DNA of 64,000 nt from Octopus sinensis. Its lineage: Eukaryota. Below the pieces are notes generated by a model that saw only the letters and a program-made list of their open reading frames with translations, ran no database searches and had not been told where the DNA came from. The translations under genes and the position numbers were made by a program. The stretch lies in the NCBI RefSeq assembly GCF_006345805.1, contig NC_042998.1:36332001-36396000 (forward strand), read 5' to 3'. Position 1 is the stretch's first letter, and every line of letters starts with the position of its first letter. Positions 1-11,538 of this stretch are shown in pieces.

Positions 1-25
1 ATCTGAGATCGTGTGCTGAAACGAA

Positions 26-305
26 AACAATTGCAGCGTGGAAGGTGTTTGTAAGCCGTTTAAGAAACACACAAAAGCCCTTCGATTCACTTCAACATTT
101 AAGTTTAATTTGTCAAAATATTTTCGTCGCTTTAAGACCGCGACCTGTTCACTGACAAAAATCCGTGCAGCACGGTCCGTGAACAGGTCGCGGTCTTAAA
201 GCGACGAAAATATTTTGACAAATTAAACTTAAATGTTGAAGTGAATCGAAGGGCTTTTGTGTGTTTCTTAAACGGCTTACAAACACCTTCCACGCTGCAA
301 TTGTT
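26..305. repeat. Perfect 127-bp inverted repeat (26-152 / 179-305), 26-nt spacer; fold-back of a PLE-type terminal repeat
   Basis: Arms are exact reverse complements by eye; the spacer holds a CCGTGC-A-GCACGG mini-hairpin (163-175). Confidence 0.95.
109..159 (-). ncRNA. Minimal type-I hammerhead-like motif with G3:C8 core
   Basis: Minus strand: UUUGUCA [GUGAACA] G GUCGC-9nt-GCGAC [GAAA] AUAU UU | UGACAAA. Stem I 7 bp, stem II 5 bp, palindromic AAUAUU stem III. Confidence 0.6.
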
Positions 306-575
306 ATTATACATCACATTTACCAATTAAAGAAAATATGAAAACATGTAAACGTAAGTGCTAGATAGACTAAAAGATGGACGAATGCTTTTTAATCTTA
401 TGTCTTCTCAGCAATAACATCATCATCCTCATCATCATCATCATCATCATCAACAACAACAACAGCAACAACAATGGCTCAGTATTTTATTAGGTTCGTT
501 TCTAAAATGTCGAGTCTGGTACCGCCAGGAAATAACGCAGCATTACGTTTATATGTATTCTTTTATTTTTTTATT

Positions 576-978
576 CTTTTACTTGTTTCAGTCATTTGAC
601 TGCGGCCATGCTGGTGCACTGCCTTTCAGTCGAGCAAATCGACCCCGGGGCTTATTCTTTGTAAGCCCAGTACTCATTCTATCGGATCTCTTTTGCCGAA
701 CCGCTAAGTAACGGGGACGTAAACACACCAGCATCGGTTGTCAAGCAATGCTAGGGGGACAATCACAGACACACAAACACATACCACACATATATATATA
801 TATATATATATACATATATACGACAGGCTTCTTTCAGTTTCCGTCTACCAAATCCACTCACAAGGCATTGGTCGGCCCGGGGTTATAGCAGAAGACACTT
901 GCCCAAGATGCCACGCAGTGGAACTGAACCCGGAACCATGTGGTTGGTTAGCAAGCTACTTACCACACAGCCACTCCT
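576..978 (-). mobile_element. tRNA-derived CORE-type SINE (octopus OR2-like), full length
   Basis: Reverse complement starts AGGAGTGGCTGTGTGGTAAGTAGCTTGC (tRNA-like A/B boxes), has CTTGGGCAAGTGTCTT core, central CA/TA microsatellite and CAGCATGGCCGCAGTCAAATGACTGAAAC tail; matches copies at 38416 and 57387. Confidence 0.9.
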
Positions 979-1221
979 TATCTTTAATAAAAAAAAAAGA
1001 CTACACATTACAAAACAATAACTATCTTAATAACAAAGCCTCAGTTTGCAATAAAAAATTGTCTACGACTATAATTCATGTCAAAGACTCTGTGAAATAC
1101 TTACAGCTATCACACAACTTATAAACTCAACACAGAAAATCCACAAAGCTTTCAACAGTAAAAAAAAAGCCCACACGAACCAAACAACTTCGGTTTTGAT
1201 AAAGCTTTCAACTCCATCCCT

Positions 1222-1447
1222 TACTCTCTCTTTTTACTCTTTTACTTGTTTCAGTCATTTGACTGCGGCCATGGTGGAGCAGCGCCTTTAATCGAGCAAC
1301 TCGACCCCGGGACTTATTCTTTTGTAAGCCCAGTACTTATTCTATCGGTCTCTTTTGCCGAACCGCTAAGTGACGGGGACATAAACACACCAGCATCGGT
1401 TGTCAAGCAATGCTAGGGGGACAAACACAGACACACAACCACACACA
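1222..1447 (-). mobile_element. CORE-type SINE, 3' half
   Basis: Near-identical to ~576-790; ends in the central (CA)n. Confidence 0.85.
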
Positions 1448-1448
1448 C

Positions 1449-1521
1449 TCTTACTGAAGAGCCTACCTGAGTAAATAAATATTATTTTTATTGCTGAAAT
1501 AGGCGAAACTGCAGTCTAAGA
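1449..1521 (+). ncRNA. Canonical minimal type-I hammerhead ribozyme motif
   Basis: UCUUA [CUGAAGA] GCCUA...UAGGC [GAAA] CUGCAG UC | UAAGA. Stem I 5 bp, palindromic CUGCAG, GUC triplet, predicted cleavage after 1516. Confidence 0.8.
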
Positions 1522-1687
1522 AGAACCGAGTTAGTAAAAGTTTTTATTTTCATTTCACTAAATTTATCAAGCTTCTGTGTATCTAGTACATACTTCGCCT
1601 TTAATGTACTTATATATGAATAATATATGGCCTGTGCTAGAAACACCAGCGATAATAATTAATTTTATTTTATCGCATTCTGACTTT

Positions 1688-1719
<32 letters not shown>

Positions 1720-1724
<5 letters not shown>

Positions 1725-2107
1725 TAATAAAAGGCTTCCAAATGAGGAAGCGTAGTGCTAGAAACACAAAAAGGGATAAATTCATGAAGGGAATGAACAT
1801 TAAAAACATTTACCATTACAGCTATATCCCAGACCGATCAGTTTCTACCTATTTTTAGCAAACAAACAGAATATATTTGCTAAGGCAAGGTTCTTCAGTG
1901 GGGAGTCTTCTTAATCCTAGATGCACAGACTGTTAGAAGCACGTGTAGATCTAACGGTTTGTATATCTTAACTTTCCAAACCTCTGCGTAGACGCAAATC
2001 ATACCCGGCGACAGAGAGCATGCCGGTAAAAAATTTACGAACAAATCTATCCCTTTTTGTCTTTCTAGCACTACGCTTCCTTATTTGGAAGCCTTTTATT
2101 ATATTTC
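1720..2107 (-). mobile_element. PLE-type terminal-repeat fragment with ~60-bp inverted ends
   Basis: AATATAATAAAAGGCTTCCAAATGAGGAAGCGTAGTGCTAGAAA... at ~1720-1782 is inverted at ~2046-2105; contains a hammerhead motif and abuts (TA)n. Confidence 0.55.
1828..1902 (-). ncRNA. Hammerhead ribozyme motif with long stem II
   Basis: CCCA [CUGAAGA] ACCU...UUAGCAAA...UUUGCUAA...AGGU A [GAAA] CUGAUCGG UC | UGGG. GUC triplet, near-palindromic stem III, one extra A before G12. Confidence 0.65.
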
Positions 2108-2232
2108 TATATGAATAATATATTGTCTAATGACTAATTCTGTTTTTTTTTTGTGCTAGGCCACTGGTAATAATAATTTATTTTATTACCCCATTTGATT
2201 ATGTTTATATATATATATATATATACATATAT

Positions 2233-2393
2233 ATACGACGGGCTTCTTTCAGTTTCCGTCTACCAAATCCACTCACAAGGCTTTGGTCGGTCCGAGGCTA
2301 TAATAGAAGACACTTGCCCAAGGTGCCACGCAGTGGGATTGAACCCGGAACCATGTGGTTGGTAAACAAGCTACTTACCACACAGCCACTCCT
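2233..2393 (-). mobile_element. CORE-type SINE, 5' half
   Basis: Matches ~820-978; probably the partner of 1222-1447. Confidence 0.85.
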
Positions 2394-2563
2394 ACTATAT
2401 ATGAAATAACTGAACGCCATCGTTAAATCTATGAAATGTACAATAATAACATTTCCAGAACATAGAATTTCACGTATGAAGTGATACAGAGTTCTGCCCT
2501 CTCATCATCTCATTTCAAACAATAGCTATACGACCGTCTCATATATTCCCCTCGTGAAAAAAC

Positions 2564-2602
<39 letters not shown>

Positions 2603-3218
2603 CCAGCTTTACCCATATATTTTTTTAGGCTACAGAAATAAGCAGGGCAATAGAGAGAGTGAGGCTCGTTCAAACTATTCTACTGCAACTTTGCAACTTA
2701 TGATATTGATATCGGAATATGTAGTATGTCTACACACAGGCAATAAAACTAGGAAGATGGATATATCACTCGCATCACATCGTTGAAACAAATGCTCTAG
2801 CATCCTATATAAATACGCGTTCAGAACTAACCAGAACTATTCAACAGGGGCGACGATAACAACAACAACAACTACTGCTACAACAAGAACGACAACATTG
2901 AGAGAGAAAGCCCACAGCAAAAGGTTTCGTGTGGCCACAGTGTTTTGTTGCTTTGTATCCTCCAGGTAGCTGAGAAGAAATAGCGGATGACAGATATTGA
3001 TTTCTAATACCGCCTGCATAAATTGCATACAATAGACTTTGTATAATTGCAATATGTTGAGATATCGAGCCACAATAAGGTTTTCGTCCAATAAAACAAA
3101 ACTAAGCAGCTACACTTTATTAGAGTCAAATAAATCTATATCATCTCGTGTATATCACCATTTTACGAAGTGTATATAACAGGAACGAATGTGGGCGTTG
3201 GTTTATTATCACTGGTAA

Positions 3219-3594
3219 TCTCTATATATATAAACGGCAAAATGTCTGTCTGTGTGTGTACGCGTTATACTTTATACAAATCCACAATTTTTCAGTTAGA
3301 GGGCTCGCACTTTCTATGGTCATTTAAAACTGTCGAAGGGTGGTCGTGCACATCTTTATATTTCCCCAGTCACCCCGCAAAGCCATTAAAAAATCAATAG
3401 AAGTGACCTTTCTTGTGAATTTTCTATCCAAAACCCAGTCAAAATGCCCGAAACTTGATACGCCAATTGAATGCCCGCTAGCTGTATGTGATTGGTTGGA
3501 GATTTGGACAGTACTCGCGTGTATGTGCGCACGCACGCAGCTGTATATGCATGAACTAGCACTATGACCCGGCAACGCCGGGTCATAGTGCTAG
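3219..3594 (+). mobile_element. Non-autonomous Helitron-like element
   Basis: 5' TC(TC)TATATATATAAA...GTCTGTCTG; 3' hairpin then CTAG; sits between A and T with no TSD. Confidence 0.75.
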
Positions 3595-3644
3595 TTTTAA
3601 CTAAAGGATATTCGGCGCAATACAGTCACACACACACACATATG

Positions 3645-3955
3645 TAAGGTCGCATGGTTCAATGTTTAGAGCGTCGAGCTCACAATCATGAGGTTGTTGG
3701 TTTGATTCCCATACCGGACTGTGTGTTGTATTCTTAAGCAAGACACTTTATTTAACGTTGCTCTAGTTAACTCAACTGTAGAAATGAGTTGCGATGTCAC
3801 CGGTGCCAAGATGTATTGGCTCTTTGCCTTTTCCTTGGATAACATCAGTGAAGAGGAGAGGCTGGTATACATGGGCGACTGCTGCTCTCCCATAAACAGC
3901 CTTGCCCGGACTTATGCCTCGGAGAAGAACTTTCTAGATGCAATCCCATGGCCAT
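3645..3955 (+). mobile_element. tRNA-derived SINE, third family (degenerate)
   Basis: tRNA-like head (TGGTTCAATGTTTAGAGCG...GGTTTGATTCCC) followed by a TTCTTAAGCAAGACACTT...CTCAACTGTAGAAATGAGT conserved-domain-like segment. Confidence 0.6.
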
Positions 3956-4394
3956 TGATGAGCGAAGGGGATTTTTACCTTTACATACATATAAATACAT
4001 ACATACATATAATGTGTACACGTTCATACATAGAAATAGATATATGTACGTACATCCACACATCCACATAGACTTATATATATATTTGAAATGTCTGTGT
4101 TTTGTCTAATACTGCTCAGCTCATGTTCGTAATATCTCTTTATCTGCAACATTCTACATCCACTACTCGAATTGCCGAAGGAAATTCGTGAAGCACTTGT
4201 CAATAATCACCAGCAACAAAAACACATCATCCTCGCTCGAAGACACAATAACAGTGCTGCACTCTGTCACTATCATGCAACTAGTCTAAGGAAAGAGGAA
4301 GATGAAGTATTCAGTATTATCTTCCAGTAATCACTCACAAGTTCTTAAGTATAGAAATAGCAAAACCCACCATGTACTTATGGTTTCAAATTTT

Positions 4395-4580
4395 GGTACA
4401 AGGTCCGCAGTTCTGGGGAAGGGGCTAAGTCAGTTAATTCGACTCCAGTACCCAACTGGCATTTATTTTATCGATCTCGAAAAGACAAAATGGAAAGTCA
4501 GTATCGGTGGAATTTGAACTCAGAACGACGTAAAAGAAAAAAAAAGGCAATTTACCGCCACCATGCAAATGATTCTACCA
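4395..4580 (-). mobile_element. Meta-type SINE fragment
   Basis: Degenerate match to the GATGAAAGGCAAAGTCGACCTCGGCGGAATTTGAACTCAGAAC motif of the copies at 31359 and 37638. Confidence 0.55.
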
Positions 4581-4747
4581 GTTAGGCGTATTAAGCGTAA
4601 CTTGTAATATTGATGTATAAAAACATCATTCCTAAACACGAATCGCACATATAAGGACAAAGATCGTATCGTATAGCCAGCTGGAGACGATGTCTGCTGG
4701 GGCTAAATTACAGCAACATTTATCCTAAACCAGGACTGCCATGTTAC
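4502..4747 (+). repeat. ~245-bp local direct duplication, copy 1 (copy 2 at 5976-6217)
   Basis: TATCGGTGGAATTTGA...CTGCCATGTTAC occurs twice with a few substitutions and one small indel. Confidence 0.95.
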
Positions 4748-5975
4748 GTTGGCAAACAATCTTTACTCCAAAGTACTGTTGCTGAATATCTCTCATTGTG
4801 AGATTTACAAAGACTAATTTGCTAAGAATCGCACAGTCAAGAATTTTCGAAGCTCATCAATGAAAGACGCATTAATACTATTTAAATGTGCACGTGACAT
4901 ATTCAAGCATTGATTTGCAAAATTACTGCACATAGGTAATTATGTCACGCTGATGAGTAATTTCTTTATTTCCTCTTGCTTACGCATAGACATATGTACA
5001 TATACACACATACACACACACACGTCTATGTAGGTACGTGTGTGTATTTGTGTATACATATACATATGTGTGTGTGTATTTCTGCGTCTGTGTACGTGCG
5101 TAGGTGTGTGAATGTATGTAGGTGTGTATATATATGTGTGTGTTCATTTGTGCTTTTGTTCGTGTATGTGTGTAGGTATGTGAATATATGTAGGTATATA
5201 TATATATATATGTCCGTGTGTGTGTGTGTGTGTGTTCGTTTGTGCGTGTGTGCGCGTGTGTATGTACATAGGTGTGTGAACATATGTAGGTGTGTATATA
5301 CATATACATATGTGTGCGCGTTTGTGCGTGTGTTTATGTGTGTAGGTATGTATTTATATGCGTGTGCGTTTGTGCGTTTGTGCGCTCGTGTGTGTAGGTG
5401 TGTGAATAATAAAGCAGTGCTCATTTATATTTATAACTATCGGTGCAGTCAAACGAGGAAGATATACGCTGCAGTAATTATCTCAAATGTACTCTGAAGG
5501 CGCCATCGAACTATTTTCTCTGCGGTTACACTTCATCAGGAGAGTATCTTTCCAACACAATTACTGTTACGAAAGTCTTTCCCCATTTGAGCGTACAGGA
5601 GGGTATTAAATATAAATGTATAAATTCTATATTAATCTTCGATTCTTATTGTGCTCTAATTATTAATTTCAGCTCGACAAAGCTTAGTACACACCTGGAA
5701 ATGTATTATTTGCTTCTTACACGAAAGATCATAATTGACATAGGAGTACGTCATTGACGAAACCTAACCACACAAAGCGACGTCTGTCATTGTCTGATAT
5801 GGTCAATTGGCGCCAAGCGCAAGGTGTTTTCATCTCCTTAAAGGGAGAATATGTTTTCTGACAAAAATACCTCAGCTAAGGCTTTCCGTCTCGATAAACT
5901 CGAGAGCTTCAATATAAATGCATACAGTGTTATGAGAATGTATTTTTCTTAATTATAATATTGTAATGAAAGAGC

Positions 5976-6217
5976 TATCGGTGGAATTTGAATTCAGAAC
6001 GACGTAAAAGAAAAAATCAATTTGCCGCCACCGTGCAAATGATTCTACCAGTTAGGCGTATTAAGCGTAACTTGTAATATTGATGTATAAAAACATCATT
6101 CCTAAACACGAATCGCACATATAAGGACATAGATCGTGTCGTATAGCCAGCTGGAGACGATGTCTGCTGGGGCTAAATTACAGCAACATTTATCCTAAAC
6201 CAGAACTGCCATGTTAC
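5976..6217 (+). repeat. ~245-bp local direct duplication, copy 2
   Basis: See 4502-4747. Confidence 0.95.
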
Positions 6218-6799
6218 TTTTGCTTTGATCGCGTCTGTAAGAACCGATGGTCTTTCACGTAAGAAGCAAATAATACATTTCCAGAAATTACGATCTTTGA
6301 GAGACGCTGGCGTTTGAGAAAGAAATACGGCCGTCATCTTCGACATTGAACTCTCTGTTATCAAGAACTCACATCTTCAATTTATACTTCGACTCATGAC
6401 TCTGGTGGCTATTTTACCTTGACCAATATTTGGCTACTGGCTCGATTATTTTGTAACAACTCTGTACTGGCATTATTGTATATTTTTACCATATATTTCA
6501 ATACATAACTGAATTGTACAGTTTTGTTTGTTTCATTTGCTGGTTTCGAGCGGCGACTGTTTCCTTGTCATGCAGTAACCTTAACACAGGCATTACGTTC
6601 ATCGTTGCTGCTTGGGGTTTGTAAATTGTATACATGAGTTACATTCCAGAAGTATTGGGACATTTTTAGGAGAGACAGTCTTAGCTTATCCTTATTCTAG
6701 TACATTATTTCTATATATCTAGTAAGCTGACCTACCAGCCTTTGTTGTTCCAGAATGAAGAAGACGGCTGTAGCATAACTTTGAGTAGACCTTACTAAA

Positions 6800-7910
6800 C
6801 ACTATCTGTCAGAACTGACCAATCCGCGGACATTTGGAAGCTCAATAAAGTTTTCTGTTAAACTGGTCAAAAATACTAGAGATATATGTAATACTCCATG
6901 CTGATTAAGAAACAAAATGGGAAAAAACAAAATTTTATTGCCCTCCAGGGGATGGAATTTTTGCGAGCCTCCTCGGAGTACCAAACAGCAACCAAATCGT
7001 CGCATATCCGACACCCCGTGCAATAGACTTCACAGTTGGTAGATAGTCCTTCAACTTTTATTCTATTACTTCTTTGGAGAACACAGAATTGTTTAATCCA
7101 CTCTTTGGTTGGGATAATCTCCCACTCCAAGACATTCTTTTTCGCCATGCTATTTTTTAATAAAATGTTCTCTTAATAGTTGCACAAAAATTATGAAAAG
7201 TAAAGAATTCCACAGTTTATGGCGGCAGAGGATCCGCCCACTAAAATAATTTACTTAAAAGTGAACAATGACATTTTTTTAGCCATGCTGTTTTTTTTAA
7301 AGTTCTCTTAATATTGAAAAGTAAAGAATTAAAAATATAATCCCCAAAACAGTTAGAAAAAGACAAAACAAAAACATAAAGACAGAAAAGATAGGAAGAA
7401 ATAAAAAAAAATAGTTCAGCACGACGACAGTTCTTTGCACTGTGATAGTTCAAATCACTGCAGCAGCTTCTTCAAAATATTAAATTCCGGCCAACCGGTA
7501 CTCCTGGCCCTTGTAGTTTCCAAAAGAGGCAGTCCAGTTGAGTCGGGGAAACAGTAGCAGGAACAAAAAATAATTTACCATTAAATGGTAAATACACAAC
7601 GAAGAAATTTCAAAAAGTTCCACTGTTTATGGCGGCAGGGGATCCGCCCACCAAAATAATTCACTTAACAGTGAACAATTTTGCCCAACTGTAGGCAGAC
7701 CAGAGCTCAGAATCCAGTGAGGATTTCTTGTTTGTACAAAAAATAATACCACAAACAGGAAACCCCCACTGGACCCCAAAAACAAAAGCCTTACCTTACA
7801 GTCGAGCTTCTTTTTCAATCAATATTTCGCCAGCTGTACACCAGTGTGGCGTCTTCTGCTGTGTAAGAACAGCACTGACACAACCTGAAGCGGAAGTAAG
7901 CTTCTTGCCA
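6800..7910 (-). mobile_element. Possible degenerate 5' UTR/ORF1 region of an L1/Tx1-like LINE
   Basis: GC-richer island; broken frame EVIE*KLKDYLPTVKSIARGVGYATIWLLF resembles an RRM-type ORF1 (recalled resemblance only); internal ~65-bp duplication at ~7203 and ~7615. Confidence 0.3.
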
Positions 7911-8149
7911 GACAGCCACGCTTGCGCCCATATATATATATATACATACATACGTACACACACTCACATGCACACATACACATACTTTCTTGTTTCACTT
8001 ATGAACACACTAGTAATACTCCAAATGGGATCAAGAGAGACTGATTCGACCGAAATAAAAATATTAATCTCTATTGCAGTAATGGTCAAACTACACGAAA
8101 CGTACCGTCGCATATAAAGGTACTTTGCTCCTGTTGAAATCCTCTCCAT

Positions 8150-8650
8150 TTCTTGTTAAATGTTCCTCTACCGTGTTTGAGCACGTAAGTGGCTCTGGAG
8201 TCCCGAAATCTGTTTCAAAATAGCATAACACACAGTGCAAGTATGTTTCATCTTAAGTGGCACAGTGTTGTTTGTCTTGCCTAATTTCTGAATATTTCAA
8301 TGTATTTTGGACCAGCGCCGGACTTAAATGTCATATTACAAATATGACACATAATTATGTCTGCTAGAACGATTTTTGTGTCACTTGGGCCAACTGTATG
8401 AAAACAAGTTCTGAGATGTGAAGTTAAGTCAGTCTTAGAAAGACAAGTCTTATCACACATTGAGAAACTGAAGCATGGCATTATTACTCTGATTAAAACG
8501 ATGCTATCTTTTCGAGTTCTCTTGGCATTTTTGCACGTTTTGTTTTTCTTCAAAATCTCCTACCTCAGACCGGATCTTTCTCGCCATTTAATTTCCGTCA
8601 AGTGCAACAGATTCAACATCATACATACACACATGATGGCTGTCGACCTA
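8150..8650 (-). mobile_element. RTE-clade LINE 3' end with C2H2-like zinc fingers (pseudogenised)
   Basis: Frames read ...ESVALDGN*MARKIRSEVGDFEE (RTE C-terminal motif), then CDKTCLSKTDLTSHLRTC, CHICNMTFKSGAG and CTVCYAILKQISGLQSHLRA. Confidence 0.6.
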
Positions 8651-9699
8651 TAGATGAGTATGACAAATCATCCTATCTTAGATATCAATGACAGTTGCTG
8701 TTGGCAATGGTTGCGTTGAAATCTAAAGTCAACAGCATCATGCACAGCGTCGATAAGACGTCCACCTACAAATTTCGTACCGCAGGAACAAGCAAGCACG
8801 AGGTCTCCAGTTTCGCAAGAAGGCGAGAGTAATTTCAGAATGTCCTTCGTTTAGAGAAATGTTTGAACAAAGATTAAGGGTCTTTTTTACTTCCAGACGT
8901 TGAATGGTGTTGACAATAGTAAGTTCATTCGTCCTTTGACAAGTTTCGATCTTCCTCCTGCAGGGATTCCAACGAAATCCATCCTCCAAAAGAAGAACGC
9001 TTCCCGGTTTAGTCGCCGACGGCCAGATCATATGACAGGTTTCACTGGGTTACCATCAACACTGACTTAACACACACACACGTATAAGTACACATACATA
9101 CACTCACATATACACACATGATATAAAACATTTTAGACATATTTTTATTCCCCATCTACCTTTATTTTCCCTTCTTTTCTTTTTCCTTTTTGGGTTCGGA
9201 GAATCAGTTTCCGGCTCGAAGATGGTGCCGTTATCTTATTTTAGTCTCTGTACTATATTTTGCTTTCTTATTTTTTTTCTTCTCGGAATTTTGAAAATGA
9301 GCATTCGGACATATCTGTAATTCATATGATTTGAAGCTAAGAAATATTCATTTCGCTGTATTCTTCAGTTTGAAAGATGTAAAAAGAAACCCAAATAAAC
9401 AAAAAAACAAAAAACAAAAAACAAAACCGAAACACGTTTGTATAGATGTCAACAATTTCATAAAAGTAAAAAGAAAAACAATTGCATATGAACAGATTTT
9501 TACCTGTGAATTTTTTTCGTATTTCTGCTAAAATGATGGACAGTTAAGATACTGGTTTGTTAGGCAGGAATGATGTACGGAGACATGAAAGCGAAATATA
9601 TTTGATATTAAAAAATTAATTAATAGCGATAGAAGCAGTATTAGCACCAACAGCTAATATTATCCTTATTTAACGGTCTATGTTGTGTTGGAACACAGA

Positions 9700-10700
9700 A
9701 TATTGTATTATTTAGCACGAATTTTGTCAAGTGCAAAAGATTCCTCAACTTGGTACAGATTGAAATCCCCGAGACTGATGCTTAGCAAATCTTTATACAG
9801 TTGTTTGGCCTACACTGTTTTCACTACCATGGAGTTGGCTGACCATAAAAAGAATACTGCTTATTGCATCGAATGACCAGTCTGTTTCAGCTGATTGGAA
9901 GCCAAGTGGAGTGATGAGATCCTTCCTCTCTCCAAACACACAGGTGTTTGGAACAAACAGTTTCCAGCGAATCCTGAGAATTTGATGAAGACACTTTTGG
10001 TAAAAGCGTTCTAAAGGTCTTATGTGATGGTCATAACCAGTCCATGTTTCGGCCGAATGAAAAAGGGAGGAGATTACAAGTGCACGATAACCCCAAATTT
10101 ATGTACTGACCATAATATGTCGTTGTAGACAGAAAGAATTTATAAGGGAATCAAAAGATTTTGCTGCTTTTGGAATGCGAGATGCAATTTCTGTGACTGG
10201 AGTTCCTGCATAAATGTTTAAAGAAATGGACAGCAGCTAATCGTTTACCTTTCCCTTATATTTGAGGAACAATTGAGGCCTGCTCTGGTGCGGTTTTTGT
10301 TTAGTATTAGATCCTGTCACAGGTAGCATCTAATGCTTTGACGAGGTTCTGAAAACTGATCTCACCGTTACAGTCATAAGCATCAAGGTAATCTTTTATT
10401 AAGGATTTAAGGATCTTGCTCTTAAAGATCATCCTGATGAGATAAAAGAGCTTTCCAGTTGTACGAACGCATAGGATATAAATACTGTTTTTATAGTTAC
10501 TCAAATCAGACGACAACATCACCACAAAGTAAACAGTGAAAAGTGTTGGAGCAAAGAGTTCAAACAGTGAAAAATGTTGGAGTCCAGGAGTGTAAAACAG
10601 TTCCACAAAATCAAGTCAAACACATCTATGGCCATTTCTGGAGTCCACTGCCGCGGTTCGATTATGAGTTAAGGTGGATTTCTTTTACACTCTTGGACTC
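9700..10700 (-). mobile_element. RTE-clade (BovB-like) LINE, RT C-terminal fragment, degenerate
   Basis: FAPTLFTVYF, YILCVRTTGKLFYL, SLFHSAETWTGYDHHIRPLERFYQKCLHQILRIRW and YKDLLSISLGDFNL motifs, with frameshifts. Confidence 0.85.
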
Positions 10701-11305
10701 CAACCTACCGTGGTTTGTATGAAATGAACTTTTTTGACATATATTTTTTTGTTTGTGAGGAGTAAGGAAATCTTTTTAGTCGATTGATATTTTATTTAGA
10801 TTTTTTGTCGCATGACACGCGACTAAATGGAAAATAAAAACATTTACCATCAAACTGCTGGACAAATGGTTTCAGACTTTTTTTTAGCAAATAAAATAAT
10901 TTGCTAGGCGAAGTCTTCTTCAGCAGGTATACCTTAGTTTAAATATGTATACAGGAGGCAATCCAGTATATGCCCCGTGCTTGTACATTCTAATTTTTCA
11001 AACGTACCACGCGAGCGCAGCTCCTTGTCGGCAGTAAATAAAATGCATGCTACGACACTGCTAATGGAAATTTCAAATATTTCTGATTATCCTTTGATAT
11101 ATATATACACCTAAACTGTGAACCATATCGATTCCCCCTCTTTTTTGGGGAACTTTATATATTTCTTTCTTTGTTTTTGTACACCACATAACCCAAAGAT
11201 CCCTATTGATCGATCTTTTTCTTTGTGTATCCCACCCATCCCACCTCGAAAAGAAAAACTCTACATTGTATTTCGTCTAATTTCTGTATTTAACTCTGTG
11301 TGGCC

Positions 11306-11331
<26 letters not shown>

Positions 11332-11341
<10 letters not shown>

Positions 11342-11538
11342 AATTAAGGACTGAACACGAAAAGTGGACAGTCAACATGCTAGATATAGACGTCAAATCG
11401 CCATTCTCCACAAAGATTATGTTCTCAAATAATCATTTATATAATTATATAAATCTTTGTGGAGAATGGCGATTTGACGTCTATATCTAACATGTTGACT
11501 GTCCACTTTTCCTGTTCAGTCCTTAATTGGTATATATA
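11332..11538. repeat. Fold-back inverted repeat centred at 11444/11445
   Basis: CCAATTAAGGACTGAAC...CCACAAAGAT mirrored; ~19-nt insertion in the left arm; flanked by (TA)n. Confidence 0.9.

Noticed and set aside
132-326. 64-aa ORF overlapping the palindrome
   Set aside because: By-product of the inverted repeat; no recognisable motif.
4976-5497. Long ORFs on both strands rich in V/C/Y/I/H/T (also 11740, 13375, 28986, 51422, 53196, 55617, 60800, 63365)
   Set aside because: Translations of TA, CA, TATC and triplet microsatellites; no coding signal.
5520-5560. CUGAUGA or CUGAAGA hits here and near 4950, 9362, 17188, 22984, 25578, 49979
   Set aside because: No consistent stem I, stem II and GAAA geometry.
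7780-7900. ETS-like GCGGAAGT plus a GTAAG splice-donor-like motif (minus strand) suggesting a host first exon
   Set aside because: All frames are interrupted and it lies in a probable LINE 5' region; not supportable as a gene.
10307-10606. 99-aa ORF that looks like a host protein
   Set aside because: Part of a frameshifted RTE reverse-transcriptase relic.
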